From NCBI GenBank assembly GCA_047602425.1, contig JASGHG010000001.1, forward strand, positions 1,024,001 through 1,088,000: DNA of 64,000 nt. Direction: 5' to 3'. The position numbers and the translations under genes are program-made. Under the pieces are notes generated by a model, which was given only the letters and a program-made list of their open reading frames with translations, had not been told where the DNA came from and did not search any database. Numbering within the stretch: the stretch's first letter is position 1; the number at the start of each line of letters is the position of its first letter. This DNA comes from Nibricoccus sp. (GTDB taxonomy: Bacteria; Verrucomicrobiota; Verrucomicrobiia; Opitutales; Opitutaceae). Shown piece by piece: positions 48,401 through 57,572 of this stretch.

Positions 48401-50285
48401 GGCTCATGACCAGAAGGGCCAACAACAGGGAAACGAAGGCGGCGCTCACTCCAGCCCAGGCTGCCGCGGAGCGATCGGCGGCCTTGAAACTGACCGCCCG
48501 GTTCCAAGCCAGCGTGAAAATTTGCCCGCCCAATTCGATTTCCGTCGTGGATTCGACTGCCACTGTCGCCACGCTCGCATCCGCGGTATCGAAAAGCAGG
48601 TCGCGAGTTTCAATCGATCGTCCTTCAAAGACGCGCATGCGCAATTCCGGGGCATGACGCCCAAGAACATCCCGCAACATCAGTTCCATGATGATCGGTG
48701 TGTACACCCAGCCCAGGCAGGTGCTACGCCGATCCTCCACCGTATCCAAAACCATTCCTCTGCGATAAAAAGGAGCAAACATCAGGGCGCCGGCGCGCGC
48801 ACGGTCGTCTTGGATCAACTTGATCCGGCGGGTGAGCGAAGGCAGCCCCGTGTCACGCGCTGTGTCGGCCGCCGCTTTACGAATCTCTTCGCTGGCAACA
48901 TCCAACCCGATCGCCTGCGCGTTCACTTCAAAAGGTTCGCAGTAGGTTATGATATACGCCGCTCCGGTGTCAGACGCCGTCTTTGCCGGCGAAGTATCAG
49001 GCACGGTCTTGACTTTGAAATCAGGATTTTTTTGCCGGATTCGACTAACAAAGTTTTCCAGTTGGCCAGGGGGAACCAATGTCACTAGCCCAATACCCAG
49101 CACCCCCGGATAGCGCTCCGCCAGCCGGAAATCTTGTGAGATCGAAGCCCATTCACGACGTTCCACGGTCTCCGAGGCACCGATCAACGCCACTCCGGCC
49201 CGCAATGCGTCCTGATAGCTACTGGCTTGGGCCGCAACTCTATCGGTCGCATCCGCGACCAATTCCTTGAAGTGAGCGCGGTCAATTCGCTCGGCGGCGC
49301 CTACAAGGGACGAGAACATCCATCCGCTCAACGTCCAGCCAACCAACATCACAGTCACCGGCATCCATAAGCTGCCCCGTTTCAGAAACTGCGGCAAAAC
49401 CAGCGCCATCAAAAGCACCACCGCCATGAAAAATTGCAGCCGGAGCAAATCGCTGTTCTGACCGGCGCCGACAAAGGGGCCAAGCCCGTGCATGACGGTT
49501 ACGACGCCCGCCAGCGAGACCACCAGGGCCGTCGCCAGCGAACCCGCCGGACCGAACCACACGGTCGCAAGCAAAAGCAGCGGAAACACCGCGAACAAAA
49601 ATCCGACGCCCCCTTTTCCGGAAAACGACAACCAGCAAACACCCGCAGTAGCAGCGGCCAGAGCCAGCATCTGGGGGTAAGCCAGCGGAGCTGAATGCGA
49701 TTTCGAGCGCCATTCCTGATGCACCGCAAAAATCAGCGGCGCCAGTCCAAGAGCGCCCAATGCATCCCCCACCCACCAGGTGACACCCAACGTCCACGCG
49801 TCCTGGCCAACGAGTTCGCCCGCCAAAACCAATGCACCCACACCAACTCCGGCGCTCACGATCGGCGCAACTAACGCCGCCGTAACAAACGACACCGGAC
49901 AGGGCCCGTTTCTGGACCGGCCGCAAGTTCGCTGCAGCCCAAGCACCAGAACCGCGCCCATCACCGCCTCAAGGGTATTGCCAGCCGCGATCGACAAAGC
50001 GGCCTGCCAGGAAACCGCGGTAAAGTAGTTGGCCACAAAAGCGCCGATCAGAATCCCCAGCCAAAAAGAACGCCCCGCAACCAGCAGAATCCCAATCGCC
50101 ACCCCCGTCGCCGGCCACACGGGGGATACATTATTATGCAAACTCGCCAGCAATAAACCGAGACGCGCGGCAATCCCATACAGCACCGCTACAATCAGAT
50201 ACGCAAAAGCTGTCGTCAGGTAGGAACGCCGGACTGACTGGTGTGGAAGCTGGAGTTTTTCTCCAGAGGAGCCGGAAGCAGGCAT
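45462..50285 (-). CDS. Hybrid sensor histidine kinase (MASE1-CHASE-PAS-PAS-HisKA-HATPase-REC-REC-Hpt)
   Basis: SPVWPATG (MASE1), AIGLDV (CHASE), MSHEIRTPMNG, GGTGLGLAIS, LMDCQMPVLDG, AHVIVGSAANLGA. Confidence 0.93.
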   Translation of the reverse strand: MPASGSSGEKLQLPHQSVRRSYLTTAFAYLIVAVLYGIAARLGLLLASLHNNVSPVWPATGVAIGILLVAGRSFWLGILIGAFVANYFTAVSWQAALSIAAGNTLEAVMGAVLVLGLQRTCGRSRNGPCPVSFVTAALVAPIVSAGVGVGALVLAGELVGQDAWTLGVTWWVGDALGALGLAPLIFAVHQEWRSKSHSAPLAYPQMLALAAATAGVCWLSFSGKGGVGFLFAVFPLLLLATVWFGPAGSLATALVVSLAGVVTVMHGLGPFVGAGQNSDLLRLQFFMAVVLLMALVLPQFLKRGSLWMPVTVMLVGWTLSGWMFSSLVGAAERIDRAHFKELVADATDRVAAQASSYQDALRAGVALIGASETVERREWASISQDFRLAERYPGVLGIGLVTLVPPGQLENFVSRIRQKNPDFKVKTVPDTSPAKTASDTGAAYIITYCEPFEVNAQAIGLDVASEEIRKAAADTARDTGLPSLTRRIKLIQDDRARAGALMFAPFYRRGMVLDTVEDRRSTCLGWVYTPIIMELMLRDVLGRHAPELRMRVFEGRSIETRDLLFDTADASVATVAVESTTEIELGGQIFTLAWNRAVSFKAADRSAAAWAGVSAAFVSLLLALLVMSLQSTGQTAKAMVRERTAELEATNGLLQREVGERLRVLNSLRGTNQLQRAILDSTNYTIISTSREGVIVTFNAAAERLLGYRAEEMVGNQTPEIIHDHSEIVGRAEVLTRELGRIVEPGFEVFVAKAKLVGIDEREWTYIRKNGTRFPVLLSVTTLRDEQGEITGYMGIGHDLTTRKEADARIQRVVDELARQKFALDQHAIVAVTDVEGKMTYVNDKFCAISGYTRDELLGKTHRILKSGVHSETFYREMYETIGRGAVWQGELCNRAKNGDLYWEESTIVPFFGPDGKPTQYVAIRADITARKHLEESLARARDEALAASRLKSEFLATMSHEIRTPMNGVIGMAGMLMQSPLEGKQREMAEVIAYSARSLLSIINDILDFSKIEAGKFRIDSTDFNLRDAIEETVALLAPQASRKNLDLVCDISPALATGVTGDRGRLQQVLTNLLGNSIKFTEHGEVRITAQPVEPPGEKIKFRIEVEDTGTGIPETVKPLLFQPFVQADGSTTRKFGGTGLGLAISGQLINLMGGSIGFESLEGSGSHFWFTLSLSHVELPSGEALPLLPPGTRVLVVDDHELSETILNRQLVSFGCEVETAPGASEALVALQRGVELAKPYTVLLLDWNLPNEGALRLARDLRQDPLFSGVQILVLASAADNPARVMDGTHFQAVLTKPVREVLLHRSLLRIHGARDTASPFVKRPSLGGRGLSFLMAEDNTTNQIVAQMMIEQLGHTVAIASNGQEAVDMLRDSRYDAVLMDCQMPVLDGYEATRLIRSGRIPGINPRIPVIALTAYAMPGDRLRAIDAGMDDYISKPFESEMLTAALSRCGLLQGMKTKTAVRTIPATNDVLGALPKLVETANPKKSFFDAARREQLVKMKSSAGGSAWDKALGIFMKEMPARMQQLSHHTTLREAAPLSALAHVIVGSAANLGAKPLRTAAAALETAAKDEDWAEVQTALAGVELAWTDIVNDVGVPVTGT

Positions 50286-50496
50286 TAATTGAGGCGATCA
50301 GCAGCCGTTATCGGCACAACTAGCTGTTTTCTAAGTATGATCAGCTCTCTTCCTCATTCAGATCTTTGCGCAAATTGGTTAAGAAAACGCCCTCGTTGGC
50401 CGCGTCCCACGCCAGCCCTGCTCCATTCCTAAAAATTCGCCGAGAAAAGTCCTTGCGCTGCACGCAACCGCGAGCTTGCTTTGCAACCCCTGCTCC

Positions 50497-50588
50497 GGAG
50501 AGATGGCTGAGTGGTCGAAAGCGGCGCTTTGCTAAAGCGTTGTAGGTGTAAAAACCTACCGGGGGTTCGAATCCCCCTCTCTCCGCCA
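50497..50588 (+). tRNA. tRNA-Ser (GCT)
   Basis: GGAGAGA/TCTCTCC acceptor stem; GCGCT-TTGCTAA-AGCGT anticodon arm; long variable arm; TTCGAAT; CCA. Confidence 0.96.
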
Positions 50589-50712
50589 GCCTTCGCTCGA
50601 TGAGCTCCGGCTGGCGCGGCCAGCTTCTTACGCAGCAAACAAGGCTGGCAGTTTAAGCAACGCCGCGAAGGTTGGCCTCCGAAACGCCTGAGAAGAAGAT
50701 ACGCCCTCGCGC

Positions 50713-51174
50713 TCAGGTCTTGATCTCGGCCACGACTTGGATCTCCACGGTCGATTCCTTCGGCAAACCGGCCACGGCCACCGCAGCCCGCGCGTGTTTT
50801 CCCGCGTCACCAAATACCGCCACAAAAAGGTCGCTCGCGCCGTTGATCACCGCCGGGCTGTCCGCGAAGCCGCTCACCGCGTTTACATAACCACCGACAA
50901 ACACCAGCCGTTCGACGCGGTCGAGCGATCCCAGCGCCGCCTTGATGTTCGCCAGCGTATTCAGCGCACACACTTTCGCCGATTCGTATCCCGATTGCAC
51001 CGTCTGCTCCTTGCCCACCTGACCTGCATGAGTGATGCGCCCATCGAGTGCGCTGATTGTTCCCGCACAGTAGAGCAGGTTTCCCGTGCGGACGGTCGGC
51101 AAATAGTTACCAGCGGTAACAGGCGCTGCGGGCAGTTTTAAACCAAGTTCGGCGAGACGAGCTTCAGGATTCAT
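50713..51174 (-). CDS. RidA/YjgF-family protein
   Basis: AGNYLP, NGASDLF, GKHARAAVAVAGLP, VEI. Confidence 0.9.
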   Translation of the reverse strand: MNPEARLAELGLKLPAAPVTAGNYLPTVRTGNLLYCAGTISALDGRITHAGQVGKEQTVQSGYESAKVCALNTLANIKAALGSLDRVERLVFVGGYVNAVSGFADSPAVINGASDLFVAVFGDAGKHARAAVAVAGLPKESTVEIQVVAEIKT

Positions 51175-51295
51175 ATTGGCTGCGAAAATATTCCCCAACC
51201 ATCGGGTCGCAACCCAAGGCTCAAAAAAATTTCCCGGTAAAACCATCAACAGCAGGGTTGCGGTTTAAACATCAACTCACAGCATAACCAGCGAC

Positions 51296-52582
51296 ATGCC
51301 CAAGTCCTCCGCCGCAGTCAGTCTGACCGAATGGCAGAACTTCAGTGCCAAAGATCCGTCGGGAGCTGCCCGCGAGCTCACCCGACGAATCCAATCCCAG
51401 CTGTCCGAGACGCAGCAACGCGCGGTCTTCGCCTGGATACAAACCGAACGTGAACTCACCGCCACGTTCGAACGCTTCGCAGGTACGCTCGCTCCGTTTG
51501 CCGGTGTGCCCTACGCGCTCAAGGATCTTTATCAAGTCTCCAATCTCAACATTCGCGCCGGCTCCGTTTTCCCCCCGGGAATCCTCCCCAAAAAAGATCG
51601 CGACGGCAAATTTCCCCACGTCCTCCGCGGTCTCGGCGCCGTGCTTGCGGTCAAGACGCACATGCATGAATTCGCCGCCGGCCTGACCGGGGAAAACCCG
51701 CATTACGGCGATTGCGAACACCCGCATTTTCCCGACCGCACCTCCGGCGGGTCCAGCAGCGGTTCCGCCGCCGTTGTGGCGGCGGGAATATTCCCTCTTG
51801 CCGCCGGTTCGGACACCGCCGGATCGATCCGCGTGCCCGCGGCGTTCTGTGGAATTTTTGGCCTTCGCACCACCCCCGGGCACCCGTGGATTGAGGACGC
51901 ATTGCCCCTTGCTCCGAGCTTCGATGCCGCGGGTTGGTTTACAGGCAATGCCCAGGATATGCTCATCACGCATCGCTTTTTGCTCGGCGTCGCCAAATCC
52001 GACAAGGAACCCCGCGGCTGCTTCCTCGACTTCGAGGCGCTGGGCATTCCCGCCGATCCCGAGGTTGCCAAGGCCGTTCGCACCGCCGCCGCCAGCTACG
52101 CGCAGCCGGCGGACAAAGCACTCGCGGAACAACTTCGCCAGGGTTTTTCCCGCGCGACCGAAACCTATTTAACCATCCAAAGCACCGAAGCCGCCAGGGT
52201 GCACGCCGTCTGGCTCGATCCGCACAAGGAACTGTACAGCCCGGCCGTCTGGAATCGCATCGATCGCGGGCGCCACGTCGCTCCCGATCTACTCACCACC
52301 GCCAACAACGAACTTGCCGCCATTCGCGAACTTTGGAACGGCTATTTCCTCCAGCACGATTTTTTGATTCTGCCCGCCACACCGTTTCCCGCGCTGCGGA
52401 AAGAGGAGTGCACGCAGGCTAATCGCGAACGCCTGCTCGCGCTCAACACGCCGGCCAGTCTCGGCGGCCTGCCCGTGCTCTCGATTCCCGTCGCCCTCCC
52501 CTCGGGATTAACGACCGGCCTTCAGATCATCGTCAATTCCGTCCAAAGTCCGGTTATTCCGTGGGTGCTGAAGCGCCCTTGA
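51296..52582 (+). CDS. Amidase signature family protein
   Basis: LKDLY, GGSSSGSAA, GSDTAGSIRVPAAFCG. Confidence 0.92.
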   Translation: MPKSSAAVSLTEWQNFSAKDPSGAARELTRRIQSQLSETQQRAVFAWIQTERELTATFERFAGTLAPFAGVPYALKDLYQVSNLNIRAGSVFPPGILPKKDRDGKFPHVLRGLGAVLAVKTHMHEFAAGLTGENPHYGDCEHPHFPDRTSGGSSSGSAAVVAAGIFPLAAGSDTAGSIRVPAAFCGIFGLRTTPGHPWIEDALPLAPSFDAAGWFTGNAQDMLITHRFLLGVAKSDKEPRGCFLDFEALGIPADPEVAKAVRTAAASYAQPADKALAEQLRQGFSRATETYLTIQSTEAARVHAVWLDPHKELYSPAVWNRIDRGRHVAPDLLTTANNELAAIRELWNGYFLQHDFLILPATPFPALRKEECTQANRERLLALNTPASLGGLPVLSIPVALPSGLTTGLQIIVNSVQSPVIPWVLKRP

Positions 52583-53982
52583 CGATCGATGGAAGAAGCG
52601 CGGCGTCTTGCATGCCGTGAATGATTTTTTTGTCAGGCGGACAAAATGTTGCCAAAGCGCCGCTCAACACCGCTTTGCCAGCGAGATTGAAATAATAAGG
52701 GCACAGCCGCAGCCGCCCGTCGACTTCACGCACTTGCTGCTCGGCATCATAAAGCCGGTGCTTTACCCGCACGGGTTTTTTGTATTCCTGCACGACGTGC
52801 AAATTGGTCGGCGCATCGGCCACCGCGATATCGATGCCGCTTTGCCATTCTTCGCGCGAGCAGTCGCTGCCAAGCACCACGCTCCGCGCACCCCAAGCCG
52901 TTTCGTGGAAGCCACTGATCTTGATAATGAGGTCGCGCTCCTTCTGCGAAGCCCCAGCCAACTGACGCCAGTCGGTCAACGCACGGCCGCCGACCCGCGG
53001 CCCATCGAGCACCGCACCCGGCGGCAAGGGCGTCGGATCCATGATCCACGAGGGAGGAATCAGTTGCTTAAGCAATTTGTGCGCACCCTTGCTCAACGTC
53101 TCCGCCCAGAATTCCGCGAGCAAATGATGATGGAATAACGCGAGCGGAAGCTTCTCTTCCTGGAATGCCCGCATCGGCGGCGCAACCGCCAGCTCACCCG
53201 ACTGCCAGGATTCGAAAATGAATTTCGCCGTGCGGATGTTAGCGATGTCGAACAGTTCGAAGAAACGATAAAGCACGTCGATTTTTTCGGGATTCCCGTC
53301 GACGTCGAAACACAACGTGCCTCCCAGCGGAAACAGGTCATCCGGATCGAGACAGAACACGCGCTTGCCCTGAATTTGCAGCTGCTCGGCCAGCCATTGC
53401 ATTTCCGGCCGATAGGTCGCCGCCTCGTCGCTCACCACGAGCGCGATGAGCGGATTACGCAGGTCGGCCCGAAGCGCCGCGAGCGACTCGTAAAAATTTC
53501 TGATCATCGCATCACCCGAACCCACGATCGATGCGTCAGCCTTCTCGCCCTCGCCGCCGTAAAGCCGGTTGAGAAACGCCGTCAGGCCGATTCCGCCCGG
53601 CACCGAATCGAGCTCCGTCATGACAAAACCGTTTTCCGTGAGCAATAAGTCGGGCCTCAACACCGTGGGAAACGCGCCGCGATTTTTCGGATCGCGCGCA
53701 TGACGGATCAGATCGAGCCGGTTTACCGCGATCGAGATAATCGGCGACCCAGGGCGCGAGCAGCGGCTTGTTGCGCAAAAGATTTTTCCCCGCGACCGAC
53801 CGCAGATAAAGCGTTTCCAGCGCTTGGTGATATTCGAGGCACGCCGCGCCAATCGCTTGAAGCTGCGTATGCTGCTCCGCAGTGAGTCCCCACGCCTCCG
53901 GCGACAACTGCCAGGTTTTATCTTCGAACAGCGGCTGCGAAGACAATGAAGCGCGTATCGACGTGTAGGAAATCTCAGGCAT
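52554..53982 (-). pseudogene. ATP-grasp-like (glutathionylspermidine synthase-like) protein with a frameshift near 53718 (real or assembly error)
   Basis: ORF from ATG 53982 reaches YLDRGKP; LDLIRH...RPDLLL...TELDSVPGGIG...YRFFELFD...WGARSV...RLCPYYF continues in another frame. Confidence 0.75.
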
Positions 53983-54150
53983 GACGAAAGAAAGCCCCTA
54001 GCACACACCAAACCCCGCCCGGCGCAACCCCCGGCTTCAGGATTGCACTCACTCCTCGCCGCCGGCTGCAGGACGCAGGAAGTTTGTCACGTAATACCTG
54101 ACCAACTTTTCCAAGCATCTCTCAGGAATAGGCTAACAAATCCAAAAATC

Positions 54151-55311
54151 TCACTCAATTTTCAGGATATACCCGCGGAGATACTCGCTCTCTGGCATGG
54201 TGATAAGTACGGGGTGATCCGGAGGTTGATGGCAAAATTCCAGAATATGCACGCGGCGTTTCGCGTCGGCGGCGGCATCGGCAAGCACTTGGCGCAATTC
54301 TGCGTCCTGCATGTGATGCGAGCAGGTGTACGTCGCGAGGATGCCGCCGGGCGTAAGCGATTTGAGCGCGCGAAGATTGATTTCCTTGTAACCGCGCAGC
54401 GCTCCCTCAAGCGCGCTCTTCGATTTCGCGAAGGGCGGCGGATCGAGTACGATCAGATCCCATTTTTCCGTCGCCCGCTCGGGCGCGTTGAAGAAATCGA
54501 AAACATTCGCCACTTGGAAGTCCGCCTTCACGCCGTTGCGCTCGGCATTCCGTTTCGCCTGGGCAATGGCGTCTTCCGCGCTATCGAGACCGAGTACACT
54601 GGCCGCTCCCGCCCGCGCCGCGTGGAGCGCGAACGAACCTTGGTTACAAAACGCGTCGAGTACATGGCGGCCCTTGGCGTACTTTGCGACGAGCGCGTGT
54701 TGTGCGCATTGATCGAGGTAGAAGCCGGTTTTTTGTCCGCCCAAGAGATCGGTCCAGTAATCGAAGCCCGCAACATTCAGCCAGCGTGGCTCCCATGGTT
54801 TTCCCGATAAAGTCGATACCTCTAAAGGCAGGCCTTCGAGGCGGCGGATATGCGCGTCGTTGCGAAAAACGATCTCGGTTGCCTGCGTCGCTTCCTTGAG
54901 CAAACGAGCGACCACGTCGCGGCGCTTCTCCATGGCAAGGGTCTGGATTTGCAACACAACCGTATCGCCAAACTGGTCGGCCACCACGCCGGGAAGATCG
55001 TCCGATTCAGACCAGACCACGCGATGTGTATTTGGCATTCCACTACGGCGGGCAACGGCACGTTCGATGGCGCCACGCAGGTAGATTTCGTCGAGTTCCA
55101 CGCGGTCACGACTGAAACGGCGCCAGCAGATCTGCGATTTGCTGTTATAAATACCACTGCCAATAAAGCGCCCGGTGCGATCGCGGCATTCGACGACTTC
55201 GCCATCGTGCTCAGCCGGGAGGAGCGATTCCACTTCGTTGGCAAAGACCCACGGGTGTCCCGCGAGCGCACGTGCTTTGGCGTTAGGCTTGAGTTTTAGA
55301 GATGCCGGCAT
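54151..55311 (-). CDS. rlmI: RlmI-like class I SAM-dependent rRNA methyltransferase
   Basis: PUA GHPWVF, ESDDLPG, GQKTGFYLDQ, LDPPPF, TCSHH. Confidence 0.88.
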   Translation of the reverse strand: MPASLKLKPNAKARALAGHPWVFANEVESLLPAEHDGEVVECRDRTGRFIGSGIYNSKSQICWRRFSRDRVELDEIYLRGAIERAVARRSGMPNTHRVVWSESDDLPGVVADQFGDTVVLQIQTLAMEKRRDVVARLLKEATQATEIVFRNDAHIRRLEGLPLEVSTLSGKPWEPRWLNVAGFDYWTDLLGGQKTGFYLDQCAQHALVAKYAKGRHVLDAFCNQGSFALHAARAGAASVLGLDSAEDAIAQAKRNAERNGVKADFQVANVFDFFNAPERATEKWDLIVLDPPPFAKSKSALEGALRGYKEINLRALKSLTPGGILATYTCSHHMQDAELRQVLADAAADAKRRVHILEFCHQPPDHPVLITMPESEYLRGYILKIE

Positions 55312-55358
55312 CCGCGCATCATCGCGCGCCAGCTCAGCGGTTGAAGCCTAAAAACTAA

Positions 55359-55493
55359 TTACTGCTGAGTAATCACCAGATAGAGCATGCCGTCCTCGTC
55401 TTCAAACCAGACGTTGTTCGAACAAATTTCAGAGACGAGGATGATGGCTCCTGTCAGGTAAATCGAAGCTATGAAAGCTATCGTGAGTGCCAT
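55359..55493 (-). CDS. Small (44 aa) single-TM protein
   Basis: Manual translation MALTIAFIASIYLTGAIILVSEICSNNVWFEDEDGMLYLVITQQ; below the ORF-track cutoff. Confidence 0.55.
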   Translation of the reverse strand: MALTIAFIASIYLTGAIILVSEICSNNVWFEDEDGMLYLVITQQ

Positions 55494-55769
55494 GGGGGTG
55501 AGGGGGCGAAAAAATGGTTAGCAGATGTGTACCGAAAAATCTACGGAAGATTTCAGACAAACTTGAATAAAATCGCGGATATTTCTCCCACAGTAAGATT
55601 TTAGACCCCCAAAACTTACGTTATTGTAAGTCATTTTCTTTTACATTTAAAAACCGGCCCTGTTTGGGCGCCAAAATTTGAAAAAAATAGTACCACGTTC
55701 CGTGCCAGCCACCTCCTGAAAATTTGTGTCGTACGCGCCCCGGGCCTCCGTAGCGTGGACCCTTTTCAC

Positions 55770-57476
55770 ATGTCGCCAGCCGCCGAAATCGCACGCCGTC
55801 GCACCTTCGCGATCATCTCGCATCCTGACGCGGGTAAAACCACGCTCACGGAAAAATTCCTGCTGTACGGCAACGCCATTCACCTCGCCGGTTCTGTAAC
55901 CGCCCGCAAGAACCAACGCGCCACCGCCTCCGACTGGATGGAGCTCGAAAAACAACGCGGCATTTCGATCAGTTCCACCGTCCTCCAATTCGACTACTCG
56001 GGCTACGCGGTCAACCTGCTCGATACCCCCGGTCACAAGGACTTTTCCGAAGACACCTACCGCGTGCTCACCGCTGTCGACGCGGCATTGATGGTGATCG
56101 ATGCCGCCAAGGGCGTGGAAACACAAACGCGCAAGCTCTTCGAGGTCTGCCGCCGTCGTGGCGTGCCGATTTTCACGTTCATGAACAAGTGCGACCGCCC
56201 CACGCTCAACGCACTCGCGCTTCTCGACGAACTGGAAAACGTCCTTGGCCTGCAATGCTCGCCCGTCATCTGGCCGCTCGGCAATGGCCCGTCTTTCCGC
56301 GGTGTGTATGACCGCCGCACGAAACAGGTTCACCTTTTCGAACGCGTTCCCGGCGGCGCGTACGAGGCCCCTGTGCAGGTCACGTCGCTCGAGGACCCAA
56401 TCGTCCGCGACAAGCTCGACGACTACACTTACAACGAAGTCAAGGAGCAGTTGGAGATGTTGGATGGTGCGGGTCATCCGTTCGATCTCGCGGCCGTGCG
56501 CGCCGGCAAGCAGACGCCCGTTTACTTCGGCAGCGCGGTCAACAACTTCGGCATCCAGCTTTTGCTCGATGGGTTCCTCAAGGATTCAATTGCGCCACAG
56601 CCGCGGCGTAACGCCGGCAAATCGTCGAAGGGCCAAGTAACAAGTAACAAGGTCCAAGAAGACAGCGGCAGCGCAGACGCCCCCGCACTTGGCACTTGCC
56701 ACTTGCCACTTGATACTTCGTTCGTGCCCATCGCGCACGAACGCTTCTCCGGCTTTGTTTTCAAGATCCAGGCCAACATGGATCCGAAGCACCGCGACCG
56801 CATCGCCTTCCTGCGCGTGTGCTCCGGCAAGTTCGAGCGCGACATGATGGTCACCCACCAGCGCACCGGCAAAACCATGCGCCTCTCGTCCTCGCACAAA
56901 CTGTTCGGCCAGGAACGTGAGACGGTTGACGAGGCTTGGCCAGGTGACGTCATCGGCCTTGTCGGTCACAGTGAGTTCGGCATCGGCGACACGTTAACGG
57001 AAGACAAGAGCATTGTTTTCGACGAAATTCCGCGGTTTCCACCGGAAGTTTACACGTACATTTCGAATCCGAATCCGGCCGACGCCAAAAAATTTCGTGC
57101 CGGCCTAGAGCAGCTCTTGCAAGAAGGCGTCGTGCAATCCTTCACCGCCCGCAATGCTCCGCCGGGTTACACGTTGCTCGCCGCAGTCGGCCCGCTGCAA
57201 TTCGAAGTCGTTCAATATCGCCTGCAGAGCGAATACAACGCCGAGTCCAAACTCGACGCCACGCCCTGGACGCTCCTCAAGTGGCTCGAACCGCACCCGT
57301 CGCTTAAGAATCTCTCGTCGCTCATCGTTGCCAGCGGTGTCGGTTTCGGCACGGACAAATTCGATCAACCCGTGGCGCTCTTCCCCAACGACTGGACGAT
57401 GCGCTATTTCCTTGAGAAAAACCCCGAGTTGAAACTCCACGACCTGCCGCTGGAGCAAACACGCAAGACCACTTAA
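55770..57476 (+). CDS. prfC: Peptide chain release factor 3, with a ~31-aa repeat-derived insertion
   Basis: RRTFAIISHPDAGKTT, DTPGHKDFSEDTYR, FKIQANMDPKHRDR. Confidence 0.97.
   Translation: MSPAAEIARRRTFAIISHPDAGKTTLTEKFLLYGNAIHLAGSVTARKNQRATASDWMELEKQRGISISSTVLQFDYSGYAVNLLDTPGHKDFSEDTYRVLTAVDAALMVIDAAKGVETQTRKLFEVCRRRGVPIFTFMNKCDRPTLNALALLDELENVLGLQCSPVIWPLGNGPSFRGVYDRRTKQVHLFERVPGGAYEAPVQVTSLEDPIVRDKLDDYTYNEVKEQLEMLDGAGHPFDLAAVRAGKQTPVYFGSAVNNFGIQLLLDGFLKDSIAPQPRRNAGKSSKGQVTSNKVQEDSGSADAPALGTCHLPLDTSFVPIAHERFSGFVFKIQANMDPKHRDRIAFLRVCSGKFERDMMVTHQRTGKTMRLSSSHKLFGQERETVDEAWPGDVIGLVGHSEFGIGDTLTEDKSIVFDEIPRFPPEVYTYISNPNPADAKKFRAGLEQLLQEGVVQSFTARNAPPGYTLLAAVGPLQFEVVQYRLQSEYNAESKLDATPWTLLKWLEPHPSLKNLSSLIVASGVGFGTDKFDQPVALFPNDWTMRYFLEKNPELKLHDLPLEQTRKTT
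56627..56719. repeat. 7-bp-periodic inverted-repeat element inserted in frame in prfC
   Basis: CAAGTAA CAAGTAA CAAGGTC CAAG...CACTTGG CACTTGC CACTTGC CACTTGA TACTTC. Confidence 0.8.
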
Positions 57477-57572
57477 ACGCCCGCGCGTTCCCCGTCGTCT
57501 TACTTGGGTAAAATTTTGCATGTTTTCTCTCGCACCACCGAGGGAAAATGCGCTCTGTTCGATCACGCTCCG

